Of a DNA stretch of 64,000 nt, positions 23,401 through 30,907 are shown in pieces. Numbering within the stretch: position 1 is the first letter of the stretch; every line of letters begins with the position of its first letter. The stretch comes from Myxococcota bacterium (GTDB lineage Bacteria; Myxococcota_A; UBA796; SXON01). Under the pieces are notes generated by a model that worked only from the letters and a program-made list of their open reading frames with translations, ran no database searches and was not told where the DNA came from. Position numbers and translations under genes: made by a program. The DNA is taken from assembly GCA_040386535.1 (NCBI GenBank), contig JAZKFH010000013.1, positions 128,001-192,000 on the forward strand, read 5' to 3'.

Positions 23401-23971
23401 CGCCCGTGCGCCGATGGAGCGCGCGACCGTCCTCGAGGGCCTCGGAAAGATGGATGAGGCCGAGATCGCCTGGGATCGCCTCGCTCTCTCGCCCGACCTC
23501 GAGCAGCGCTCCGCCGGGGTGCTCGGCATCGCGCGCGTGCGGCTCTCCCGGGACGACCCCGCGGGCGCGCTGGTGGAGCTCGACGCCTTGCCGGTCGTCG
23601 CCGACGGGTTCGTGCTGACCGCGGCGCAGGTGCGCGCGGAGGCCCTCCTGCTGCTCCGCCGGTTCGACGAAGCGGCCCGCGTGTACGGCGGGCTCGATCG
23701 GGACGCGGAGAGCCGGGTGGTCGGCGCCCTCGGCCTCGGCGAGGTCGCGCTCGCCCGGGACGCCGCCCCCGCCGCGCTCGTCTCGTTCCGCCAGGCGCTC
23801 GAGGGCACGAGCGACCCCTACTACCGGGCGCTCGCGCTCTCGGGCGTCACGCGCGCCCTGGCCGAGTCGGGGAACACGTCCGATGCGCGGTCCACCCTCG
23901 CGCGTTTGCGAAAGGAGCACCCCGATCGTACCGACGCGATCGAGGCTGCCGAGGCCGTCATCGCGCCCTGA
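17453..23971 (+). CDS. giant pentapeptide-repeat / transmembrane / TPR-like protein (2172 aa)
   Basis: A(D/N)LRG pentapeptide blocks at the N-terminus and near 20720-21000, a hydrophobic helix near 21085-21150, and a long TPR-like helical array after it. Confidence 0.75.
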   Translation: MALHTPRSSLRGVDLRHVPLGEVSLVGADLRRADLRGVDLVRRDLREADLRGADLRGARLASADLRDAELDGALLDGADATDADLRRTRGFGISAVGLRAEGARLDGGEWREASLEGARLTGVRAAGLRLDRARLAGASFVGASLPRAVLDDTDLDGADFGGARLVDVAFAGARGRPLLLDADLRGADLRRVALDAWLPERIVLVGARLRLADARSQRERLASLGWLPSRTTRVRLLAGDALRGVDGPARALRKWAGEAWARRLADQAAEIEEERRATEAGEAKAAARKAPRRRAVERVVAEGPAPAEREAGSDAAARLAQQLGARAREVTALGRVIFGGPGGQVLPAAEDGLDFQVEAASRDRVLHGADATRDDGARLAAMRERVATRRAAERRAARVRKEAGVAPAADAPDVLRDAALAAREAAVVARRSREADGARAAAEAWVNVDGVEPVSTGRVYGPAQAARVAAPWRVEDAEHPEALEGGEADDEGSSLGTPADLPSSSAFQVSFATPAVEAARAAAAAVTRQAVKAEATRQAVEAEAAAWISVDAGTDEVPVPDRRSVYDTAVEAPWLGAADAAAAPSDPALDAHAPLELAEPPDDLEPDEATNLSLVPVAASVRVEDMGALRRAREVAEAAAAAEAAAEAAVAVAAAAEAAEAAVAVAAAAEAEAEAEDGDDLPLPVPLEFSLPPPPPPAEPARSAAAVDAARPFWRVVVPAVIRPVGPLRRALRGAGVAFALFMWVVGRAGRFAGEQLRWVAQVAWRVFVAGFARGLPAAWRALAEEANAGADVPTAEESVEFRVEAVARERALARIGLRGALVARRAVALRHAGLALERAAIVRRAAEPSPALGRLAAAQVAAARARRDDTTRRAFAEAEAARWSETESSADAAPRVLAARLSAARLRHAEGQLHAEAERQENDAAKRLAAAERRAREEAERRARDEADSRLHDEADAAEIPLSQPESTGRLLGPRLAAARARRAEGAARASAAAAAARQGQDEAADAQRAYVEAAAARRALLAARARAVAPPSPPKPSVAPTRGPTRLPRAVTPARPSLAARASTIAASARRGITRLRGAAKQAPVVIGPGALLAGRRLDERDLGGADLRGADLRGASLVGTNLRGARLAGADLRDADLTDAVLAGADLTGARLEGACLDQAVLDNAVLDDARLMGARMVSTRGLAPGQRAALGALGADVGLDDDGRWVRIGSMAAAGSVVAVMALYLVVRFAGTTLDRAALEQAAAESQRQGDPGAAAEQFAALAGQTEDQGARVSYLLEAAAAAEESGDVEQAMDLLDEAAIAAASTGAEARVRLRRAATYRRVELPEAAATEYRSLLDELDLTPSEQAEALTGLALVRDDLDVIGEEDRLLTAAATDMERGALALALADGWAAAGRMDAARGVLERALDRIVSIEDAVPARLRLARLFAESGDTDGALLLFEELLLLPGDLGGEARLGASELRARRGDDAEAFALLDPLLARGDDDLAARARFAAATIAGRSGDTPRAIAWLEEILVMEDVEPRMADEGRILLARLLVRSDPEAAARLVEANPALREELLLGQARSLREAGKRMDARALWVQVAEDVNATEEARVDAELSLAELQVEEGDAEGALRRYERVMGAAAATAVRQRVVLGLCNALVRLGRLQDAEEQYDGLLASGPSPEVAAQANLGLARTAELRGQFEKATGRYIEIGRQEGPWAVEALDGLGQLRERSGDLAGAAEAWRLARGRALGEPERRTAIDISLARVLDAMGDPGAAAAYAMLLDANDATVRVAARIAVAEGLVGSDPERARAYYEEAVQEAEPGEARAAARAGWLRATVALGDVEGGLARIRAWLETETDAALRGELAVAATQALRSEGRLEVAVEIGETYAADGGFELGMHRAGALRELGRGADAATVLRALVAASAEDEVWRVETLGEASIEAGDLAAAATAYDRLENLPGGTAAASFGRARLARERGEYEAALALLSASDDARAPMERATVLEGLGKMDEAEIAWDRLALSPDLEQRSAGVLGIARVRLSRDDPAGALVELDALPVVADGFVLTAAQVRAEALLLLRRFDEAARVYGGLDRDAESRVVGALGLGEVALARDAAPAALVSFRQALEGTSDPYYRALALSGVTRALAESGNTSDARSTLARLRKEHPDRTDAIEAAEAVIAP

Positions 23972-24066
23972 TCCCGCTGCGGAGGCACACCATCCGCACC
24001 AAACGGTACCGTGTCGGATATCCTGCCGGCGACGTCGCCTGGTCACACCCCTTCCCGGAGCGCTCC

Positions 24067-25044
24067 GTGAACCTATTTCGCCTCGCCCCCCTCCTGCTCG
24101 CCGTCGCCTGCACCGGAACCTCCAAGGACGAGACGGGGACCGTCGACACGGACACCGATGTCGTCGACACGGACACCGACGTCGAGCCCGTGGTCGTGTG
24201 GCAGGAGCACCGGATCTCCACCTCTTCTACGCTCAACGGCGTGTACGCCTCGGGTGACGGCGTCTGGGCCGCCGGCACGGGCGCCGAGATCTTCCTCGGC
24301 GGCGCCGACACGGAGTGGGCCTCCCAGTTCACCACCGTCTCCGACGAAGAGGACTTCACGGACCTCTGGGGCCAGGGCGCCGGGGGAACGCTGGAGCTCG
24401 TCGCCTCCGCGACCAGCGGCTACGTGGCCCGCCGCAGCGGCGGCACCTGGACCCCCGGAGATCTCGGCACCGCCGACCACACGGGCGTGGGTGGCTCTGG
24501 CCTCTCGGCGCTCTACGCCGTGAGCTGGGGCAGCATCTTCTCGTTCGACGGCGCCACGTGGACCTTCGAGGCCCCCCCGAACGGGGCGAGCCTGAACGAC
24601 GTGTACGGCATCGGCGCCGACGCGATCACGGTCGGGGAGGGCGGCATCATCCTCCGCCGCGACGCGGAGCCCGACACGGGCGTCGGCCCCGTCTGGGCAG
24701 CCATGTCCTCGGGCATCACGTCCGATCTGAACGCGGTGGCTGGCGTGAGCATGACGGACGTGTGGGCGGTCGGCGCGGACGGCATCGCGCTGCACTGGGA
24801 CGGCGTCGCGTGGACCCCCCAGCCCACCGGGGTGGACGAGGCCTTGTGGGCGGTCTTCGCGCCCGCGACCGACGCTGTGTACGCCGTCGGCAGCGCCGGC
24901 ACCGCGCTCGTCTGGGACGGCGTCGTGTGGACCGTTCTCCCGACCGGCGTCGCCGAGAACCTCTACGCCGTCCACGGCACGAGCTCGACCAACGTGTGGG
25001 CGGTCGGCAATCGCGGGATGGCGCTGCAGTACATCGCCCCGTAG
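24067..25044 (+). CDS. lipoprotein with repeated beta-propeller blades
   Basis: LLLAVAC lipobox, DTDTD linker and repeated L(N/Y)AV-G-x-x-x-x-VWAVG units. Confidence 0.8.
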   Translation: MNLFRLAPLLLAVACTGTSKDETGTVDTDTDVVDTDTDVEPVVVWQEHRISTSSTLNGVYASGDGVWAAGTGAEIFLGGADTEWASQFTTVSDEEDFTDLWGQGAGGTLELVASATSGYVARRSGGTWTPGDLGTADHTGVGGSGLSALYAVSWGSIFSFDGATWTFEAPPNGASLNDVYGIGADAITVGEGGIILRRDAEPDTGVGPVWAAMSSGITSDLNAVAGVSMTDVWAVGADGIALHWDGVAWTPQPTGVDEALWAVFAPATDAVYAVGSAGTALVWDGVVWTVLPTGVAENLYAVHGTSSTNVWAVGNRGMALQYIAP

Positions 25045-25119
25045 GCCGCTTCGGAGTCGGCCAGCGCGGAGTCGGCCAGCGCGAGGTCGGCGCGCGCGAA
25101 AGCCACCCGTCGCGGGCCG

Positions 25120-25917
25120 CTACGACGGGTGGTTCATCTTCCAGCGCATCTTGCGCAACATGCCGCGCAGGACCATGACCTCGCCGGCCTCGAGCCCAGC
25201 ACGCTGGAGGATGCGGCGAACGGTGTTCATGACGAGCGCCGGCTCGTGGCCCCGGAAGTAGGTGCCGAGCTCGAGCGTGGTCATCCAGTCGTTCACGAGG
25301 GGGTCGAGCTCGCCCGCGGTCACCACGGGCCGCGCCTCGGTCGCTCCCGGCGGCGCCCCACGCGCCGGACCTCCCCGGCGCCCCTCTCCATCAGCGCGCG
25401 GGACGTACCCGCGGCCCTGGGCCTCCGCGAACAGCGCCGCGCCGATCAGCAGCGCGGCCTGGGACAGGTTGAGCGAGGCGTGGATGTCGGTCGGGATGTG
25501 GAGCAACGCGTGGGCGTGGAGGAGCTCGTCCTTGTCCAGGCCGCGATCCTCGGGGCCGAACAGCACGGCGGTGTCGCCCACGTTGTCGAAGACCTGCGGC
25601 GCGAAGGTGGTGGGCGTGACCGCGGGCCAGCGATCGGTGCGGCCGCGCGCGGTGGTGGCGACGACGTAGTTGCAGCCGGCCACGGCCTCGGCGACGGTCG
25701 ACACGTACCGCGCCTGGTCCAGGATCTCCGCGGCGCCCGGGGCCATCCAGCGCGCACGGTCGATGTCGAACGCCGGCGGCGCGACGATCGCGAGCCGCCG
25801 GATCCCCATGTTCTTCATCGCACGCGCGACCGCGCCGACGTTGCCGGACTGCAACGGCTTCACGAGGACGAAGAGGACCCGTTCACGGAGGGTCTGCCCG
25901 AACGATTCAGCCTCCAA
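25120..25917 (-). CDS. SPOUT RNA methyltransferase (TrmJ/LasT family)
   Basis: GNVGAVARAMKNMG, LFGPEDRGL and SLNLSQA. The start (TTG at 25917) is uncertain. Confidence 0.85.
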   Translation of the reverse strand: MEAESFGQTLRERVLFVLVKPLQSGNVGAVARAMKNMGIRRLAIVAPPAFDIDRARWMAPGAAEILDQARYVSTVAEAVAGCNYVVATTARGRTDRWPAVTPTTFAPQVFDNVGDTAVLFGPEDRGLDKDELLHAHALLHIPTDIHASLNLSQAALLIGAALFAEAQGRGYVPRADGEGRRGGPARGAPPGATEARPVVTAGELDPLVNDWMTTLELGTYFRGHEPALVMNTVRRILQRAGLEAGEVMVLRGMLRKMRWKMNHPS

Positions 25918-27838
25918 ACATTCCCTTGAACCAGCCGGAGACCTTGGTCCAGAGGCCGGGATCAGCGGGCTTGTCGCCGACGGGCGCCGCCTTGGAGTCG
26001 ACCGCCTTCGTGTCGGCCTTGGGGTCCACCTTGGGGCTGCCGTACGGGCTCGGGCCGAGGCTCGACTTGAGGTCGCCGTTCTTGGCGTCGCCATTCTGGT
26101 GGGCGCTGTTGTCGGTGATGTCCTCGGGGACCTTGCCGTTGGCGTCCGCGCGCGCGGCGGGCACCGGGGCACGGGCACCGTCCAGCGGCGAGCCGTTCAG
26201 CGGCGGAGAGGCGCCGCCGATCTGCTGCGCGAGGCCCGACATCGGCATCGTGAAGGGCATGGGGGGCGGCGCGACGGGCGCGCTCTCTTCCTTGCGGGGC
26301 GCGGCGGGCACGAGCGGCTCGGCGCCGCCACCCTTGCCGAGCTTCAGGGTGCTCTCGACGGTCTGGCCGGTGGCCTTGTCGCGCGCCGTGAGGTTGAGGA
26401 TGCCCTCGGAGTCGATGTGGAACGTGACCTCGATCTGCACCTTGCCCTTGGGCGCGGAGCGGATGCCGGAGAACACGAACGTGCCGAGCATCTCGTTCTC
26501 GGCGCAGACCTGGCTCTCGCCCTGGTAGATCCGCAACATGATCGAGCGTTGGTTGTCCTTGCTCGTGGTCAGGGTGCGGGTCTTGTAGTCGGGGAGGGGC
26601 TGGTTCTTGGGGAACAGCACGTGCATCGTGCCGTCGACCTTGTTGATGCCGATGGGCATCGGGAGCACGTCGAGCAGCGTCACGTCGTCCGACGTGGTGC
26701 CGGCGAGCGAGTGCGACATGATCGCGGCGCCGATGCCGACGGCCTCGTCCGGGTGGACGCCCTTGCAGGGGGGCTTGCCGATGAAGTCGGTGACCCGCCG
26801 CTGGACCAGCGGCATGCGCGACTGCCCGCCGACCAGCAGCACCTCGTCGATCTGGCCCTTGCTGCTGCCCGACTCGCGGAGGATGCGCTCCATGTTGACG
26901 ATGGTGCGATCGACCAGGTCACCGGTGAGCTGCTCGAGCTTCTCCCGGGTGAGCTCGAAATCGATGTCGATCGGCTGCCCGGCCTCGCCCTTCGTGATGA
27001 AGGGGATGTGGATGCGGGTCCGTGTGGCGCCGGAGACCTCGATCTTGGCGGCCTCGGCCGCGTCCCGCACGCGCTGGACCGCGACACGATCGAACGACAG
27101 GTCGATCGCGTGCTCCTTGTAGAACTGCTCCAGCACCCACTGCATGACGCGATCGTCGAAGTCGACGCCGCCGAGGAACGTGTCGCCCCCGGTCGCGATG
27201 ACCTCGAAGATGCGGCCCTTGATGTCGATGATCGATATGTCGAACGTGCCACCGCCGAGGTCGTAGACCGCGATGCGTTGGTTCAGGTTCTTGCCGAGGC
27301 CGTACGCCAAGGCCGCCGCGGTGGGCTCGTTGAGCACCCGCAGCACCTTGAGGTTCGCGAGGCGGCCGGCGGTGCGCACGGCCTGGCGCTGGCGATCGTT
27401 GAAGTAGGCCGGGACGGTGATGACCGCCTGGTCGACCTCGGCGCCGAGCGACTCCTCCGCTACGTCCTTGATCTTCCGAAGGATCGCCGCGGAGATCTGC
27501 TCGAGGGTGAAGACCTGGTCCTTCACCTTGACGAGCACCTCGTTGCTCTCGCCCTCGACGAGCTCGTAGGTGAAGACCTGCCGGATCTTCTCGATCGTCT
27601 TGCTGTGGAAGTTGCGGCCGATGAGCCGCTTGGCCGCCGCGACCGTGTTCTGGGGGTTCAGCTGGGCCTGACGCTTCGCGTCGTGCCCGACCAACCGCTC
27701 CCCCTTGTCGCTGATCGCGAACACCGAGGGGATCGTGGTCGTGCCGCCCTTGTACGTGATGACCCTGGGCTTGCCGTTCTCGACGATCGCCGCACAAGAG
27801 TTCGTCGTACCGAGGTCGATTCCGATCGCCTTGCCCAT
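25907..27838 (-). CDS. Hsp70/DnaK paralogue with Pro-rich C-terminal tail
   Basis: [36 protein letters not shown] and TLLDV; the helical lid region is replaced by a low-complexity tail. Confidence 0.9.
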   Translation of the reverse strand: MGKAIGIDLGTTNSCAAIVENGKPRVITYKGGTTTIPSVFAISDKGERLVGHDAKRQAQLNPQNTVAAAKRLIGRNFHSKTIEKIRQVFTYELVEGESNEVLVKVKDQVFTLEQISAAILRKIKDVAEESLGAEVDQAVITVPAYFNDRQRQAVRTAGRLANLKVLRVLNEPTAAALAYGLGKNLNQRIAVYDLGGGTFDISIIDIKGRIFEVIATGGDTFLGGVDFDDRVMQWVLEQFYKEHAIDLSFDRVAVQRVRDAAEAAKIEVSGATRTRIHIPFITKGEAGQPIDIDFELTREKLEQLTGDLVDRTIVNMERILRESGSSKGQIDEVLLVGGQSRMPLVQRRVTDFIGKPPCKGVHPDEAVGIGAAIMSHSLAGTTSDDVTLLDVLPMPIGINKVDGTMHVLFPKNQPLPDYKTRTLTTSKDNQRSIMLRIYQGESQVCAENEMLGTFVFSGIRSAPKGKVQIEVTFHIDSEGILNLTARDKATGQTVESTLKLGKGGGAEPLVPAAPRKEESAPVAPPPMPFTMPMSGLAQQIGGASPPLNGSPLDGARAPVPAARADANGKVPEDITDNSAHQNGDAKNGDLKSSLGPSPYGSPKVDPKADTKAVDSKAAPVGDKPADPGLWTKVSGWFKGMFGG

Positions 27839-27932
27839 GTGCCCTATTCTTCCCGACGTGGCACGCCGAATAGCACGTAGACCGGGGGTGGGTCAACGCG
27901 ACCAGGGCCCATCGAACCGCCTGTCGTCGGCC

Positions 27933-29090
27933 TTACTCGTACATCACGAGGATCTTGCCGTCGGTGCGGTCGCAGCTCTTGGCCACGGCCTCGATGGTTC
28001 GATCGAAGGGGAAACGGCGGGTGATCATCGGTGCGACGTCAAGGCGATTCTCTTCCAGCAACCGGAGGATTCGGGGGAAGCAGCCGCCACCGGCGTGCCC
28101 GCGCGCTCCGACGATTCCGGCGGCCTGGGTCACCAGGACGTCGAGCAATACGGGGGCCCGCTGGCCTGTCCGCCCGAGGTACACCATTTTTCCGCCGGGC
28201 GCAAAAGCGCGTTCGATCTCCGGCATCGTCTGGACCGCGGCGCCGGCGGCCTCGACGATCATGTCGGCGCCCCACCCCCGGGTCCGCTCGCGGATGATGT
28301 CGCCGGCGGGAGCCTCGGAGGGGTCGTACACGGCGTCCGCGCCCATGGCCCTGGCGATGGCCCGACGCTCGGGCATCGTCTCGAACGCGAGGATGGAGGC
28401 GGCGCCGGCCGCCCGCGCCAGCGCGATGGCGCCGAGGCCGATGGGGCCGCATCCGAACACCGCGACGTGGGCCCCGGGTAGAAAGCCCCCGGCGGACACG
28501 AACATGCCGTTGTACGAGCACGCGATGGGCTCGATGAGGGCACCGAGCTCGAGCGCCCGCTCCGCGCTGCCGAGGCGCTCGGCGAGCGGATCCAGGGGCC
28601 ACAAGAACCGCTCCTGGGCGGTCAGGTACTCGGCGTAGGCGCCCGGCGCGGAGAAGCCGACCATGTCGAGATCGGGGCACTGGTTCGGGTGGCCGGTGCG
28701 GCACGCCTCGCAGACACCGCAGTAGAGCATCCCCTCGGCCGCCACCAGCATCCCGGGGCGCAGGTGGCGGACCCCGGGGCCGACCTCGACCACCTCGGCG
28801 GTGTACTCGTGCCCCACGGTGACGGGCACGCGCACGGGGCCGGAGAACAGGACGTAGCCGTCGGCATCGTGCTCGTAGCAGTGGGTGTCGCTCCCGCACA
28901 CGCCGCACACGCGCACCTTGAGCACCACCTCGCCGTAGGCGGGCGCGGGATCGGCGACCTGGGTGGCGACGAAGCGGGGGTGGCGCCACACCCGGGAGGC
29001 CATCGTGGCCTTTCGGGTGGACAGCTCGCGCGCGGTGGGGAGGTAGCCGGGGCGGGGATCCCAGTCCGCTTCGAGTACGACGGCCTTCAC
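27933..29090 (-). CDS. zinc-dependent medium-chain dehydrogenase, IolM (scyllo-inosose 3-dehydrogenase)-like
   Basis: CGVCGSD, GHE, CGVCEAC..C and GCGPIG. The N-terminal extension ADWDPRP...SRVWRHP resembles Thermotoga IolM as I recall it. Confidence 0.75.
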   Translation of the reverse strand: MKAVVLEADWDPRPGYLPTARELSTRKATMASRVWRHPRFVATQVADPAPAYGEVVLKVRVCGVCGSDTHCYEHDADGYVLFSGPVRVPVTVGHEYTAEVVEVGPGVRHLRPGMLVAAEGMLYCGVCEACRTGHPNQCPDLDMVGFSAPGAYAEYLTAQERFLWPLDPLAERLGSAERALELGALIEPIACSYNGMFVSAGGFLPGAHVAVFGCGPIGLGAIALARAAGAASILAFETMPERRAIARAMGADAVYDPSEAPAGDIIRERTRGWGADMIVEAAGAAVQTMPEIERAFAPGGKMVYLGRTGQRAPVLLDVLVTQAAGIVGARGHAGGGCFPRILRLLEENRLDVAPMITRRFPFDRTIEAVAKSCDRTDGKILVMYE

Positions 29091-30514
29091 GATGTTTCTC
29101 GGGGGAGCAGGGCGGAGCTGGGGTCGATCACGAGGAGGATGTGGCCCTCGGGCGCGATGGTGGTGCCGACGAGATGCGGGAGCGCGTCGAGCGGCCAGGG
29201 GGGAGGGGACACCAACGTCTCTACCGCGCCCAGCACCTGGTCGACCCGCAGCGGCGTGCCGTCCGCGAGGCGGATGGTGGCTACCCCCTGCACCGGGAGG
29301 GCCAGGAGCGGGGCCGCGCTGGGCGTGTCGGCGAACGCGGCGGCGCGGTTGGCCACGAGGGCGAAGGTGTGCCCGGCGGCCCGGACCAGCAGGAGGCGGA
29401 CGAGCTCGGCGTGGAGCGGCACCTCGATGTTCAGCCGGGTGCCGCGCGAACGGGCGGAGAACAGCGAGAAGCGGCCGCCCAGGCGCGCGACGAGGTGCGA
29501 CACGGCGGAGAGGCCGTGGCCCCGCCCGGCGATGGGCCCCGGGACCGCGACGGTGGTGAGGCCGGGGCGCAAGGCGAGCTCGATGGGATCGGCCTCGGGC
29601 TCCCCGGCGGCCGAGCGGAGGGCCGCGACGTCGAGCCCACGCCCGTCATCGTCGAACGAGACGAGGAGGCGCCGCCCGACCCGCTCCGCGACGAGGCTGA
29701 TGCGGCCCACGGGGCCCTTCGCGCCGCGCTCCGAGGGCGGCTCGATGCCGTGCGCGACGGCGTTGTTGAGCAGCTGGACCAGCGCCGCCTGGAGCGGCCC
29801 GAGCACCTCGGGGTCGACCCGCACCTCCTCGCCGTTCACCTCGAGGCGTGCCTCGCGCCCGAGCTGCTTGCACAGCGCGCGCAGGCGGCGGCGCAGCGGT
29901 GGGATGACGGTGCCGAACGGTACCTCCCGCAGCTCGGCGAGCCGCGTGTACATGCGCCGCGACGCCTCCTCGATCCGGCTGATCTGGGCCGATGCGGAGG
30001 GGTCGACGCTGGAGAGCTCCCGCAGCTTCTGGCACGCCGCGAGCATCTCGGCGATGGCGGCGACAGCGTCCTCCGTGCCGGTGGTGGCGGAGGGGGACTC
30101 GGAGAGCGTCGGCTCCTCTTCGGGGAGCAGGCGGAACCCCGTGTGGGATCGGGCGCTGAGGTGCGCGCGGATCCGCTGCTCCATGCCCTCGTCGGGCGTG
30201 GGCTCGCGCGCCTCCGACACGTCGTGCACCTGGCGGCGGAGCAGCACGATGGCGCCCGTCAACAACGCCGTGGTCGGCTCGTCGACCTCGAGCGAGCCGC
30301 GCCCCATCTCCTCACACACGTCCTCCAGGGCGTGCGCGAGGGTGGCGATCGCGCCGATCTCCATGGTCGCGCTCATGCCTTTGAGCATGTGGAAGCTGCG
30401 CAACAGCGCGCGCGGATCGGGGCGCGCCACTCCATCGGCCAGCTCGCGTTCGGCTGCGGCGATCGCCCGGTGGGCCTCGGCTACGAACAATGACCGATAC
30501 CGGGTGCGGTCCAC
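29087..30514 (-). CDS. short CheA-like histidine kinase
   Basis: Hpt RSFHMLKGMSATM, N box LLNNAVAHGIE, DDDGRGLD, GRGHGL and a degenerate C-terminal CheW-like part. Confidence 0.8.
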   Translation of the reverse strand: MDRTRYRSLFVAEAHRAIAAAERELADGVARPDPRALLRSFHMLKGMSATMEIGAIATLAHALEDVCEEMGRGSLEVDEPTTALLTGAIVLLRRQVHDVSEAREPTPDEGMEQRIRAHLSARSHTGFRLLPEEEPTLSESPSATTGTEDAVAAIAEMLAACQKLRELSSVDPSASAQISRIEEASRRMYTRLAELREVPFGTVIPPLRRRLRALCKQLGREARLEVNGEEVRVDPEVLGPLQAALVQLLNNAVAHGIEPPSERGAKGPVGRISLVAERVGRRLLVSFDDDGRGLDVAALRSAAGEPEADPIELALRPGLTTVAVPGPIAGRGHGLSAVSHLVARLGGRFSLFSARSRGTRLNIEVPLHAELVRLLLVRAAGHTFALVANRAAAFADTPSAAPLLALPVQGVATIRLADGTPLRVDQVLGAVETLVSPPPWPLDALPHLVGTTIAPEGHILLVIDPSSALLPRETS

Positions 30515-30523
30515 GACCGACCT

Positions 30524-30907
30524 CTATCCCTGTGGAGGGAACCCGCACTCAAACAGCGCCAGAGAGATGCGCTCCGCGAGCGCGGCTGCGTCGACGACAA
30601 GTGTGCGTCCGCCCGCGACATCGGCGGCGGTGGCGGGGTCGCGTGGGAGCGCGTCCGCGGAGATACCGATCAGGCCCGCGGGCGTCGCGACCAGGATCAC
30701 CACGGGCGACTCGGGATTCACGACGGTGTCATCCTCGAGGGACACGATGTCGATGACCGAGACGGCGCGCCCCTCGAAGGCGCACGCGCCGAGCAGCCAC
30801 GCCGGGGCCGCGGGTACGACGGAGACGCGGGGCGCGGTCAGCAGGCCGCGGATGGCCTCCGACTTGAAGAGCAGGTCACGGCCGCTGCGGAGGGCGCGTC
30901 GTGTCAT
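30524..30907 (-). CDS. CheW-like protein
   Basis: VPAAPAWLLGACAFEGRAVSVIDI matches the CheW core; adjacent to the cheA-like gene. Confidence 0.7.
   Translation of the reverse strand: MTRRALRSGRDLLFKSEAIRGLLTAPRVSVVPAAPAWLLGACAFEGRAVSVIDIVSLEDDTVVNPESPVVILVATPAGLIGISADALPRDPATAADVAGGRTLVVDAAALAERISLALFECGFPPQG

Noticed and set aside
25053..25082. 15-bp tandem duplication ggagtcggccagcgc between convergent genes
   Set aside because: Short, two copies, and no associated element.
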